Notes: a model not told the origin generated them from the sequence alone. Counted from the first letter of the stretch, positions 11,004-21,355 are shown. The stretch is 64,000 bases of DNA from an uncultured Methanoregulaceae archaeon (GCA_963705255.1 OY970061.1:288001-352000), one strand, 5' to 3'. Numbers and translations are program-made.

Positions 11004-12009
11004 GTAAATCTCCAAACAGGTCTTCAAATGTCCGGTGCAGGATCCCCTGCTTCACAAAGCCGGCTCTCAGGTCCTGCTGCATCTGGTCGACAAGCGCATC
11101 GGTGATTTCAACCGTGCGGTGGGCGTCGAGGAGCGGGTAGGGGTATCCCGGTATTCTCCCGTCGCCCGCACATGCGGCAAGGGCCTGCATGGTCGCTGCC
11201 GCGGTCCGGTCGTCTGTCCCCTTCGGGAGCTCCATCTTCAGCGGCCGGCTCACCCCGGGATGGAGAGAGGCGACAAAGATCTCCCCGTGCCGCCCCTGCC
11301 GGTACTCGGTGTGGTCGATCAGGCGGGGGTCGATCCGGGTCCACCACGGGCCGGCAATGCCGTACTCTGCCACAAGCCCGGCAAGCGCGGGAAGGAGCGG
11401 GTGTCCCCCGCCCCACGTCGCCCGGGTCCTTTTCGCCACGGCAGCAAGGAGCACCCCGCGTTCTGCTGCCGTGTTCACAATGCCTGCCAGCACCGGCTCG
11501 TGGTTCTGGCTTGAGACCCGGAGCGCACCGTCGAGGAGCAGGAGCGAGCCTGCCGGCAGGCTGGCGGCGGTCTGCTGCGCCACCCAGTACTCCAGCGTAT
11601 CGCGGAGGACTGCCGAGGCCCGCTCGGGGTCGGCATTGTCAAGGCCTTTGTGCGGCAGGTCGCCGAAACACTCCCGGAAGAGCTCGTCGAAGTCCGCATT
11701 CCGGTGCCCGGGACCGATCGTGACGAGCGTAAGGGGGGTTGCTGCCCGGCCGGCCCGCTCGTTGCCGGTGAAGGTGGTCCGGGCTGCCCGGATCGCGGCA
11801 AGGGTGACGCTCCCGCCGTCCAGCACCGTTGCGTTCGATCCGTCCACGGCGCTCACGGTGCCGGACGGGCCGGGTTCGATGGAGTGGATGCCGTCCCGCC
11901 GGATCCCGCTCTTTTCAGCGAACTGCCGCACGATATCGTCCGGCACGTGGGCGGCGATCCTCCGGAGCGCCTTTACCACCGACTCCTTGTACGAGGAACG
12001 GTTGTCCAT
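10981..12009 (-). CDS. nurA: DNA double-strand-break repair nuclease NurA
   Basis: AVDGS, LLLDGAL, AVAKRT and GYPYPLLDAH motifs; true start MDNRSSY at 12009 within the 682-aa track ORF. Confidence 0.88.
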   Translation of the reverse strand: MDNRSSYKESVVKALRRIAAHVPDDIVRQFAEKSGIRRDGIHSIEPGPSGTVSAVDGSNATVLDGGSVTLAAIRAARTTFTGNERAGRAATPLTLVTIGPGHRNADFDELFRECFGDLPHKGLDNADPERASAVLRDTLEYWVAQQTAASLPAGSLLLLDGALRVSSQNHEPVLAGIVNTAAERGVLLAAVAKRTRATWGGGHPLLPALAGLVAEYGIAGPWWTRIDPRLIDHTEYRQGRHGEIFVASLHPGVSRPLKMELPKGTDDRTAAATMQALAACAGDGRIPGYPYPLLDAHRTVEITDALVDQMQQDLRAGFVKQGILHRTFEDLFGDLHDEFERY

Positions 12010-14450
12010 CACGCCACCTCCCTGACCCTGCTCGCGTTGTCCGTGCCCATCTCGACCATCAGCGTGTTCGCGAACTCGCCCTGGATCTCCGCGATGTGGG
12101 AGATGAGGAGGATCTGGGGGAAGCGGGACTCCTGCGTCCGGAGGGCGACGAGGAGGTTGTTCCTCCGCTCCTCGTCCTGGCTCCCGAAGATCTCGTCGAA
12201 GATCAGGAACGTGCTCTCGTGCACCTGGTGGAGCTCGGCGAGGTAGCGCGAGAGGGCTATTCTTAATGCGACCGCGATGTCGTCCTGCTCGCCCCCGCTG
12301 AAGCGGTCGATGGCGTAATCGTTGTCCACGTCCCGGACGAGGAGGTTGAAGTCCTCGTCGAGGAGGACCTGCTCGTACCTCCCGCCGGTGATCTCGCCGA
12401 TGATCCGGCTCACCTCGCCCTCGAGCCGACTCCGCACGACCTGCATGAGGTAGACCACGTACTCTGCGATGAGCGTCCGGGTCAGTTTCAGGAGCTCGAT
12501 CTCGTCCCTGAGTTCTGCGGCCTGCTTCTGCAGGGCTTTGATCTCTGCTTCTGTTTTTTTGTATTCCACAATTCCCTTCTCTGCGAAGTGGAGATCCTTG
12601 GTTGCTCCTTCGATGGCGACCTCCACGTCGCGGAGTGCCCGGTCGATTTCCTGAACGGCTGCCTCGCATTTCGCAATCTCGTCCGGATTGAATGCCGCTG
12701 CCACGATCTCCTCCGCGAGGCGTGCGAGCCCGGTGTCCCGCTCTGCGATCTTTGTCGTGAGATCGGCAAGCTGCTGGCGCATGGTGCCGGCCTCCCCAAT
12801 CTTCTTCCCGAGCCTCGCTATACCGGAGCTGTACGTTCTGGACTTCCGCGGCCTCCTTCTCGCGGGCAAGGAACTCTGCATCGTTGTAGCCGAGTCTCGC
12901 GAGGGAGTCGCAGGTGAGCTGCTGCTGCTCTTTCCGGCTCGCGAGTTTTGACTCAAGGCTGGCAGTTTCCTCCAGGATCACGGGACGCTGCCGGAGTTTT
13001 GCGTCAATGGCACGGAGGGAATCAAGCAATGGTCTGAGCGCATCGATCGAGTTCTTCTCTCTGCCGAGTTTCTCCTGCCGTCCGAGATCGGCAGCGGCCT
13101 TGTCTGCAAGATCCTGCAGTCTTGCGTTGAACTCCGCGTCGATGTCCCCAAAATGGGCGCCAAGCTTCTGCCGGCAGAGCGGGCAGATCCCATCAGCCCC
13201 GGCGCCCGGATCGTCTTCTGGTCGGCTGCGATCTTCTCCCGCTCCTCTTCGTAGCGTGCAAGCCTGGTAGCGAGCGTGCCGCTCTGCCTGTTGATATCTG
13301 CAAGCCGGAAACTGACGGCCTGTTCAAGCTGGTCTGGCGCAATCTCTCCTGAACCGAGCCCTGCCCGGACTTTTGTAACGAGTCCGTCCTTCTTCTGCTC
13401 GTCTGCATCGAGCGCTTTGATCTGCTCCCGCTGCCGTTCGATTCTCGCGCCCAGGTCCGAGATCTCCCGCTTCGCAAATCCGAGTTCCCCGGTGAGCCTT
13501 GCATGCTCGGCCTTCTTTTTCTGGAGCGCGTCAAGGTTTGCCCTGACCGCCGCATAGGACCCTGCCATCTTTTCGATGCGGTGGTATTCTGTCTCCTCTT
13601 CCGCGATGAGGTTCAGCAGACCTTCGAGTTTCCTGATGTGGGCTGCCTCCTTCTCCCGCTCGGTGCGGAGCGACTGCTGTTCGCCGGTGAGACGGTTGTA
13701 GGTGAGCTTCTTCTCGGTGAGGCGCTTTACGTCCGTGTCGAGCCTTTTCTTCTTTGCCACAAGGAGGTCGCGTTTCTTCGTGTGCTCGTCGAGCGCTGCA
13801 CGCGATGACAGGATCGCAGTCTCCAGCCGGGCACGTTCTTCTTCGCTCTGCCGGCCGGCCATGACCGAAAGCTCGCCCTCCTTCCTCAGGAGTCCGGCAT
13901 TTTTTTCCTCGATCTGTTCTTTCAGGATCTCATCACTTTCAGATTTCAGAAAATCAATCCCGAGCGCTTTCTGGAACCACTCCTTCCGCTTCCCCGGCGT
14001 GTTCTCGAGAAGGGTGAGGAGGTCCTTCTGGGCGGCATAGATGGTGTTTTTGAAGTCCACCGGCCCCATCCCGATCGTCCGCTTCACCTCCTCTTCCACC
14101 TGGCTCACATCATGTGCACGTTCTCTGCCATTATGATAGAATGAAACGGTGTGATCAGCTGGTTTCCCGGGTTTTTTCCTGAACGTACGATGGATTGCGT
14201 ACCGGTCGCCGCCAATCCGGAAGTCGAGCCGGACATCGCACTTCTCCTTCGGACCGGCAAACGATGACAGGATATAATCACCGGATATGCCCGTTGCCCT
14301 GACACCGTACAATGCAAAGAAGATTGCTTCGACCAGGCTTGACTTGCCGGTGCCGTTGTTCCCGAGTATGCCCGTAATCCCGTCCCTGAAATGGATCTCT
14401 ACATCACGGAACCGCTTGAAATTCCTGAGTTCGAGCCGGTCGAGGATCAT
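12009..14450 (-). CDS. rad50: Rad50/SMC-family ATPase, split by two single-base frameshifts (~13203, ~12815), probably sequencing errors
   Basis: N-terminal GNNGTGKSS Walker A and coiled coil; zinc hook CPLC in the middle frame (GADGICPLCRQKLG); C-terminal FSGGE signature, LIFDE Walker B and ISH. Confidence 0.88.
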
Positions 14451-14733
14451 GACGGTGCTCCGGGAGGTTGCACTTGGATAATTTGTGTGAATCCGGATGG
14501 CTCAGGCGGGATCCATGAACAAAACCTTGTCTGGATATCAATGGGAGGGCTCCCCGCCTCAGGGCCCCTCACGGGGCACGGCGGGGCAAGTACGGAAACA
14601 GAGAACCTGATAATTGCCCAGCCGCGACCCGACGAGGCGTCGCGGCGACCCCCGAAGGGGGTGGGGATGCTCACAAATGCCGCAGATGAATCCGGGAACC
14701 TCTCTGTTTGGAGCGACCAACCAACCGGGTGGA

Positions 14734-15879
14734 TCATTCAGCGTCCTCCTGGTGTTTTTCCATGGCGGCCTGGATGATTGTACGGCCGTGCGAACTGACA
14801 AACTCTTTCTGTTTTACCGAATACTTCTGCTGTTTTTCGACGAACGCAGAAAATTCCTGCAGGTAGTCGATCATCCGGATGTCCTGCTGGAGCGGGACCG
14901 GCCGGTCCTCCTCCTCCGACTTCACCCGGATCTTCAGGTCGAGGAGGCGCTCGCGGACACCGACAAGGTCTTTCGTGTCGATCCCCTTCCCGTGCTCCCG
15001 CGAGAGCCCGTCGAGCGTCACCTGCGCCATCGCGTACTCCGGCAGGTTTTTGTTTTTTACCCGGGCGATGATCTCCCCCGTGATATCCCCGGGGTGGACG
15101 CCTGAACACCTGACTGTCCCGAGGTCCGCCATCGGCGTCTTCGGGAGTTCGAGGTGCCGCACCTCATGCCTGCCCGGGTCCACGAGAAGCCCGCCCTTCT
15201 CGTCCGCGATTTCGCCGTAGGTGAGGTACTCCGTGGAGCCCGAGTACCAGCTGTTGTCCGTGATCCGGCACTGGCGGTGGTAGTGGCCGAGCGCGATGTA
15301 ATCGAAACGGTCGGAGAGGATCGTATTGTCCAGCTCGTGCTCCGCGACTGTGGCTAATCGTTTGTCTTTTATCTGCGTGGCGAGGCCGTGGGTCACAAGG
15401 ACGTTGTGGTGTTTGCCGGAGAGCTCGATCTCATCGTAGGCTATGCGGTAGTCTTCCGGTCTCAGCATATTGGGGATCAGGTGGAAGAGCGTGTCGCCGA
15501 GTTCTGTTTTTTCGTACCGGAATTTGTATGCGGCCGTGATCTGTGATTTGTGGTACGTCAGGACTTCGAACGGCGAGGTCGTGTACCGGGTCTTGACCAT
15601 GCTGTGGTTGCCGGCGATTATCACCAATGGTATGCCGGCTGCGTGGAGGCGTTCGAGTGCTTCTAAAACTGTTGTATAAGCTTTGGTCTTCGGTTTGACG
15701 GTGTCGAAGAGGTCGCCGGCGTGGACGAGGACGTCGGGTTTCTGGGGGATGATGACATCTATCGCTGACAGGAAGTTGTCGTAAATTTGCTTCTCGCGGA
15801 GGTTCATGCCGGACTCGGGATCAAGTCTATTGAAGGCAGCGAGGCCGAGGTGGGTGTCGGCGATATGGATGAGTTTCAT
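14734..15879 (-). CDS. mre11: Mre11/SbcD metallophosphoesterase nuclease
   Basis: ADTHLG, AGDLFD, GNH and ALGHYH motifs; upstream of rad50. Confidence 0.92.
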   Translation of the reverse strand: MKLIHIADTHLGLAAFNRLDPESGMNLREKQIYDNFLSAIDVIIPQKPDVLVHAGDLFDTVKPKTKAYTTVLEALERLHAAGIPLVIIAGNHSMVKTRYTTSPFEVLTYHKSQITAAYKFRYEKTELGDTLFHLIPNMLRPEDYRIAYDEIELSGKHHNVLVTHGLATQIKDKRLATVAEHELDNTILSDRFDYIALGHYHRQCRITDNSWYSGSTEYLTYGEIADEKGGLLVDPGRHEVRHLELPKTPMADLGTVRCSGVHPGDITGEIIARVKNKNLPEYAMAQVTLDGLSREHGKGIDTKDLVGVRERLLDLKIRVKSEEEDRPVPLQQDIRMIDYLQEFSAFVEKQQKYSVKQKEFVSSHGRTIIQAAMEKHQEDAE

Positions 15880-16329
15880 TTTGGTTATGGAGTATGTGGA
15901 TTTTTCTTGAATATAAGGGGGAGGGGGAGAGAGTGAAACTAAAATCCCGGGCTTGGATTTTATGGAACCCAGGTCTTTCCGCCTATAGCGGGATTAATAT
16001 TTTCCGGGTGCTTATATCTCCTTACTATCATGAGCACGAAAGCGAGAATTACGGGAGTTCCCAGGACTCCTGTCGTGGCACCACGCACGAAGACCCGGTC
16101 AGTGCCGGACCGTGATGAAGAGGTGCACCTCTCCCCGGTCCAGCGGATGCGGGGAAAGATCTCTCTTTCGGATCCGGAAATGGTCCGCCGTATTATTTTT
16201 GATCCGTCCCTGGAGTCGTGACCGATGGTTGCGGGGTCCGGGAGTGACGCGACCATTTTCATTGATGCAAATATTTGCGACCAGGACAATCCGCTACACA
16301 CGGTGTAGCCAATTTCCTCCGGAGGGATC

Positions 16330-16547
16330 TCTTCCTTGCAGCAGCCACGGGGGAAGACAAGGAAAAACTGACGGAAGTTCCTGAGGTTCGTGACAGAAAA
16401 ACCGCACCGGAATTCACGTCTTAATTGTGCACTCAGTGCGTGCACAATCTGTTCGCCGTACCCTGCACGGTTCTCTCCAAGAATTTCACGGCGGATCCGA
16501 ACACCGATCCGCTCCATCAAGTCCTTACAATCCCCGCTTCCGGACAA
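16330..16547 (-). pseudogene. DUF1016/YhcG-like N-terminal fragment
   Basis: 'IGVRIRREILGENRAGYGEQIVHALSAQL...GFSVTNLRNFRQFF...LSWS' then degenerates into unrelated sequence. Confidence 0.65.
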
Positions 16548-16654
16548 ACACTCCTAAATCCCAGCCAAAACACACCCGGTCTCCGTGGGCTCTGGTGACG
16601 GAAAATGTATGAGAAAAAATGCATGCGGGGATACATGGTCTTTAAAAGAGAACA

Positions 16655-17188
16655 TCACGATCCCGGTGAAATCCGCTGGAGAGCATTCTTGAGATCGAGA
16701 TAGAGCGGGACGGTTTCACCCGGAGTCCGGATTGCCTGTTTGAATGAGAATTTTTTATAGAACTCAACGGCACTGTGCTTTGAATCCACCGTAATGATAC
16801 GGCAACCGACATATCGGGAGAGTGTGATGGAGATGGTGAAGATCTTCCTCAGCATACTCCGCCCGACCCCGAACCGCTCATACTCACTGTGCGTTGCCAG
16901 CCGTGCAATCTTCAGGGCCGGATACTTCCGGAAATGATAACTCTCTTCGCGGTCACATTCTTCGACAGCCCTTACTTCGATGCTGTCGTTGATGAGGGTG
17001 AAGTACCCGACAAGGTTCCCCTTCCAGAAAACCAGCCGCGTCACAGAAATCAGGTTGTTCTGGTTAACGAGTGCGTCATCCTTTAAAAATTCATCAAGTT
17101 CCGGTTCAGATGAATGAAACCCGGACAAATCATGATCTGCGTCCAGAAGGATAAATTCAAGTTCTTCAAAAGGGATGGGGGAGAGCAT
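16655..17188 (-). CDS. GNAT acetyltransferase, TA-toxin-like (AtaT/TacT-like)
   Basis: 'LDEFLKDDA', 'VGYFTL', 'YPALKIARLA', 'GVGRSML', 'ITVDSK..AVEFYKKFSF'. Confidence 0.85.
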   Translation of the reverse strand: MLSPIPFEELEFILLDADHDLSGFHSSEPELDEFLKDDALVNQNNLISVTRLVFWKGNLVGYFTLINDSIEVRAVEECDREESYHFRKYPALKIARLATHSEYERFGVGRSMLRKIFTISITLSRYVGCRIITVDSKHSAVEFYKKFSFKQAIRTPGETVPLYLDLKNALQRISPGS

Positions 17189-17202
17189 TCTAAAAGCACG
17201 CG

Positions 17203-17353
17203 TCAGTCAAGCCCGGCATGCTCTGCGTCGCGCTTCGCTTCACGCATAAGGTTCAGGCCTTCACGGGTAAATGTCGGATGCTCTGAGTACCTTCTGAAAC
17301 GCTATTGCATCATCGCCTTCGAGCACAAGCCCGATCTCAATTGGTTTTGCCAT
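17203..17353 (-). CDS. Small putative antitoxin upstream of the GNAT (one +1 frameshift)
   Basis: Hand translation MAKPIEIGLVLEGDDAIAFQK/YSEHPTFTREGLNLMREAKRDAEHAGLD; the span is 151 nt (50 codons + 1). Confidence 0.55.
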
Positions 17354-17462
17354 AAGCATCTTCTCCTGAATTTTTCGTTGTTTTATTATATGCTCAGGGA
17401 ATTATATCAAAGCTCTTGTGGAGGAGGTTGTCCGTCAGTACGATTTTGGATGCCTTGATTTC

Positions 17463-17786
17463 TCAGATCCCCATCTTCCCGGGCAGGTCCCGGGCCCAAG
17501 CCGCGATCGCTGCCGGGTCCTTCATAACTTTTGCAAGGCCGACGACGAACCCGGCGACCGGCACCTTCGCGAGGTCATTGCGGTGCTGTTTCACGAACTT
17601 CCCCACGTCGCCGACCATCCTCCCCATGTACATCGGCCCCCCGATGACGACCGCGTTGTATCCCGCGAGCGATGCGACCGTCCCCACCTCCGCGACGTCA
17701 GCGGTGTGGCCGGCGGCCTGCAGTTCCTTCCCGATCGCCTGCGCAATCTCTGCGGTCGATCCCGGTGCACCCGAAACCACCGACAC
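17463..17786 (-). pseudogene. HemG-like flavodoxin, internally deleted copy 1
   Basis: GSTAEIAQAIG..VVIGGPMYMG.. jumps from KDPAA directly to IAAWARDLP, missing about 50 aa that are present in the other copies. Confidence 0.7.
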
Positions 17787-17818
17787 ATTAATAATCCTAA
17801 TCGTGATTAGTCCTAATC

Positions 17819-19177
17819 ATGATTAGAGAGTTCATCGACCGGGAGGAGGAGCGCCTGCTGCTTGAGCATGAGTGGCAGAGTGCCGGCGGGAGGCTCATCA
17901 TCCTCTACGGCCGGAGGCGGATCGGAAAGACCCGGCTTATCGATGAATTTATCCGGGACAAGCCTGGCATACTCTATATCGCAGAGGACGCATCCCCGCA
18001 TATCCAGATAGCCCAGCTCAAGGCCCGGTGTGCGGAGTATTTTGGCGATCCTCTCCTCGCCGGGCTGGATATCAGGACGTGGGAGCAGCTCTTTACCTAT
18101 CTCGCACAAAAACCGCTCACCAGGAGGACGTACCTTGTGATCGATGAGTTTACGTACCTGATCCGGAACGACCCCTCCATTCTTTCTGCGCTCCAGAAAG
18201 CCTGGGACCGGAGTATCACCGGCTCCGACTGGTGCCTTCTCCTCTCCGGGTCGATACTCTCGCTCATGAGTGATCTTGCCCTCTCGTCCACATCCCCGCT
18301 CTATGGCCGGAGGACGCGTGACCTGCTGCTCGGGCCGCTCCGGTTCTCCGATGCGAGAAAGTTTTTCCATTTCCCGTTCTCTGACACCCTGAAAGTGTAC
18401 CTGTCGATCGGAGGTGTGCCGGAGTATCTTCTCAAGGCTGGCGCGTATGAGGATTGCAACTCATTTTACAAAACCGAGTTTTTCAACCGGTACGGGTACT
18501 TTTACCACGAACCGTACTTTATCCTCTCGCAGGAGTTCCGGGAGCTCGAGGTGTACCAGTCCGTCCTCCACGCGGTTGCGCTTGGCAACACCGCCCCGAC
18601 AGCGATCGCCCAGTTCTGCGGTCTCGACACCCGCCATGTGTACCCGTACCTCGAATCCATGATCCGGCTGGGGCTCGTGGAAAAAGAGGTGCCGCTTCTG
18701 GGTAATCCACGGCAGGGGATATACCGCATCCGGGACCGGGTCTTTGATTTCTGGTACTGCTATGTGTTCCCTCGCAGGCAGGAGATCGAGACGGGGCATC
18801 CCGGTTCCGTACTCCCGGACATCAACCCGTTCTTCGGCAGGCAGTTCGAGGCGTTCGTGCGGGACGAGTACGCCGGGGTCGTTCTGGCGGGATACCGTAC
18901 CGGCCACTGGTGGTATAAGGAGGACGAGATCGATCTCGTGGCGGTCGACGATAATTCATCTACCGTTATCTTCGGTGAATGCAAATGGGGGGATGTCAGT
19001 CTTCAGCAGGCTAAAAAACTCCTCGCCCTCTTAAAAACAAAGTCAAAGCTCGTGCGTGCCGACAATTACCGCCACCGGAAGTACGCGCTGTTCTCTGCCG
19101 GGACAATTGAAGGGAAGGCCCGGTTGCGGGACGATGGCTATCTGGTTTTTGACAGCACTGACTTAGAAGGATTCTGA
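17819..19177 (+). CDS. Archaeal AAA+ ATPase with C-terminal DUF234-type PD-(D/E)XK fold
   Basis: FIDREEE, GRRRIGKT, VIDEF, PLYGRRT, GGVPEYL; C-terminal EIDLV..FGECKW. Confidence 0.88.
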   Translation: MIREFIDREEERLLLEHEWQSAGGRLIILYGRRRIGKTRLIDEFIRDKPGILYIAEDASPHIQIAQLKARCAEYFGDPLLAGLDIRTWEQLFTYLAQKPLTRRTYLVIDEFTYLIRNDPSILSALQKAWDRSITGSDWCLLLSGSILSLMSDLALSSTSPLYGRRTRDLLLGPLRFSDARKFFHFPFSDTLKVYLSIGGVPEYLLKAGAYEDCNSFYKTEFFNRYGYFYHEPYFILSQEFRELEVYQSVLHAVALGNTAPTAIAQFCGLDTRHVYPYLESMIRLGLVEKEVPLLGNPRQGIYRIRDRVFDFWYCYVFPRRQEIETGHPGSVLPDINPFFGRQFEAFVRDEYAGVVLAGYRTGHWWYKEDEIDLVAVDDNSSTVIFGECKWGDVSLQQAKKLLALLKTKSKLVRADNYRHRKYALFSAGTIEGKARLRDDGYLVFDSTDLEGF

Positions 19178-19420
19178 TGAATCCTTCACGTCCTCGATAT
19201 TCTGATGAACATCTCTGACTTCGAAGAGTCCTGACGGACTCTTCCTGTCCTCGATATTCTGATGAACATCTCTGACTTCGAAGGATTCTGATGAATCCTT
19301 CACGTCCTCAAATCCTGCTGCACTCGATTTTTCTGAACTCGAAGGATTCTGATAAATCCTTCACGTCCTCGAATTTCGCTGCGCTCGATTCTTCGGATAT
19401 AGAAGGATTCTGATGAATCC
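19166..19420. repeat. Tandem array of about 4.5 units (57-62 bp), each starting with a 9-bp-stem hairpin GAAGGATTC-TGAT-GAATCCTTC
   Basis: Read directly; unit 2 has the compensated stem GAAGAGTCC-TGAC-GGACTCTTC; the linkers are related to each other, not unique spacers. Confidence 0.9.
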
Positions 19421-19455
19421 TGAGAATGGTGCGGTCCCGCAGCCGCTCCCCCGTT

Positions 19456-19713
19456 TCAGATCCCCATCTTCCCGGGCAGGTCCCGGGCCCAGGCCGCGAT
19501 CGCCGCCCAGTCGCGGAAGTCCCCGACCGGGGATTTTACTTTCTTGGTGATCCAGTTCTGGAACCACGAGAGTTTTTCAGGGTCCAGCCTGCCGGCGAAC
19601 ACGGTCCGGGCAACCGGCTGCAGCGGGGCGAGGGCGTCACGGAGTGCCTTCTCCGAGGCCGCGATCCCTGTCGGGTCCTCTGCACTATTGCGGCCGGTGA
19701 ATTCCCTCAGCAT
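19456..19713 (-). pseudogene. HemG-like flavodoxin, 3' fragment (copy 2)
   Basis: FAGRLDPEKLSWFQ...GDFRDWAAIAAWA; N-terminal half absent. Confidence 0.7.
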
Positions 19714-19775
19714 CCGCGATTTTTATCCGGGTTGTCGTTTGCGTAGAAAAAAAGAGTGAGGTTTACGATTGGACT

Positions 19776-20234
19776 CTAGAGAAGATCTTCGATCTTCCGG
19801 ATCAGGACCTCCGCATGGCGGATCGCGGATTCCGCCTCCGTTTCCGAAATGGAACCGGCCGTATCATAGACCGAGCTGTGGCGCTTGCGTCGCATCCGGT
19901 CGAAGATGACTGCATCTTGGTTATCCAGAAAGAGCTCAGCGAATTTTACAACGGAGATGTGCTGGTTCGCACCGTCCGGGCGGTACCCTTTGGAAAACAT
20001 CAGTGCCCGGCCGGCCTGAAGAACTGCGTTATACGCGATGGTGTATGCCCAGTCATGATCCGTAGTGAGGATTGTGCGTGCTGTGCTGAGATCACGGTGG
20101 GCCAGTGCAATCGCATCCTTCACTTTTTTTCTTTCGGGACCGAGCCTTTTGATCAGGCCCTCCCGTTCAAGGAGTCGAAGACCTTCGTCTTCTCCTCTCT
20201 CATCCCTTCGGGATTCGGGATCTTCAATCATCAC
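19776..20234 (-). CDS. HEPN domain protein
   Basis: AYNAVLQAGRALM, H, and RRKRHSSVY R-x-H type motif; downstream of an MNT. Confidence 0.85.
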   Translation of the reverse strand: MMIEDPESRRDERGEDEGLRLLEREGLIKRLGPERKKVKDAIALAHRDLSTARTILTTDHDWAYTIAYNAVLQAGRALMFSKGYRPDGANQHISVVKFAELFLDNQDAVIFDRMRRKRHSSVYDTAGSISETEAESAIRHAEVLIRKIEDLL

Positions 20235-20787
20235 AGGCTCCGCTTATCATGATCTTCTCTTCCTGCATTACATTCCTTACGAATGGATCCTTGTCCTTCT
20301 TCCGCTTTGTAAATTCCCGGGCGGTCATGAGCGTGTAATTGATCTCCCGGCCGGTGGCACGCTCGCAGGAATGGATGATGGGGATGAGCCGATCCTCCTC
20401 CACCGTTCCCACGATGAAGAGGTCGATGTCGCTTTTTTCACCGGCGGTCCCCTTTGCAAACGACCCATAGATGAAGACGCACGTGATCTCCTCACCGGCA
20501 ATGGCGTCCCTGATGATGCCGGCAACCCCTTCTGTCTTCAGCACGATCTTCTGGAGATCAGGATACAGGAAATGGCCGGTATTGACCGTGTAATACTGCT
20601 GGTTTCCTTTCTTCTGACCGGTAATGAGGCCGAAGGATTCGAGGTTTGCGAGCTCCCGGCGCACCGCATTGATATTCTCGGATGTCGTGCGGACGATCTC
20701 GCGGATGTAGAATTCGCTCCCCGGGTTGAGCAGGAAGAGCATGAGGAGCTTCACCCGGGTTTTTGATGAGATGAGCGCTTCCAGCAT
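20224..20787 (-). CDS. wHTH-fused minimal nucleotidyltransferase (MNT antitoxin)
   Basis: N-terminal ArsR-like HTH (YIREI...VRRELANL); YGSFAKG..SDIDL motif. Confidence 0.88.
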   Translation of the reverse strand: MLEALISSKTRVKLLMLFLLNPGSEFYIREIVRTTSENINAVRRELANLESFGLITGQKKGNQQYYTVNTGHFLYPDLQKIVLKTEGVAGIIRDAIAGEEITCVFIYGSFAKGTAGEKSDIDLFIVGTVEEDRLIPIIHSCERATGREINYTLMTAREFTKRKKDKDPFVRNVMQEEKIMISGACDD

Positions 20788-20827
20788 GAATACATAATGT
20801 ATTCAATTGAGTAAAAAATGTATTCAT
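20787..20827. promoter_or_regulatory. Palindromic operator/promoter TGAATACAT-A-ATGTATTCA plus an extra half site
   Basis: Perfect 9-bp inverted repeat abutting the MNT start codon; near-identical copy at 44644-44683. Confidence 0.55.
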
Positions 20828-20869
20828 TGCCCGATTCATGTCCCGGTACTTATGAGCGGTTTTCCCCTT

Positions 20870-21355
20870 TTTCACGCTCCCATCTTCCCAGGCAGCAATC
20901 GCGGCCCAGTCGCGGAAGTTGCCGACCGGGGATTTTACTTTCTTCGTGATCCACTTCTGGAACCACGAGAGTTTTTCCGGGTCCAGCCGGCGGCGAACAC
21001 GGTCCGGGCAACCGGCTGGAGCGGGGCGAGGGATGCATGGAGTGCCTTCTCCGCGTTTGCCATCGCTGCCGGGTCCTTCGAGACCGCCGCAAGGCCCACG
21101 GTGAACGCGGCGACCGGCACCTTCGCCAGACTATCGCGGTGCCGTTTCACGAACTTCCCGACATCCCCGACCCATCCTTCCCATGTACATCGGCCCACCG
21201 ATGACGACCGCGTGGTAGCCCGCGAGCGATGCGACGGTCGCCACCTCCGCGACATCTGCAGCGTGGCCGGCGGCCTGCAGTTCCTTTCCTATCGCCTGCG
21301 CAATCTCAGCGGTCGATCCGTTCTTCGATGCGTAGGCTATGAGGATGTGGGACAT
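20870..21355 (-). pseudogene. HemG-like flavodoxin, near full-length copy 3 with frameshifts and a 3' deletion
   Basis: MSHILIAYASKNGSTAEIA..., continuing in other frames to GNFRDWAAIAAW. Confidence 0.7.

Noticed and set aside
12010-13029. 682-aa ORF as a Rad50-NurA fusion
   Set aside because: An artefact of rad50 frameshifts running into the nurA frame; the middle translates as off-frame R/G/P-rich sequence, and nurA has its own ATG and RBS at 12009.
19166-19420. CRISPR array (palindromic repeat, ~60-bp period, Cas4-like gene 4 kb away)
   Set aside because: The linkers are duplicated or related to each other rather than unique spacers, the repeat stems vary with compensation, there is no AT-rich leader and no cas1/cas2, and a whole unit occurs solo inside hicA.
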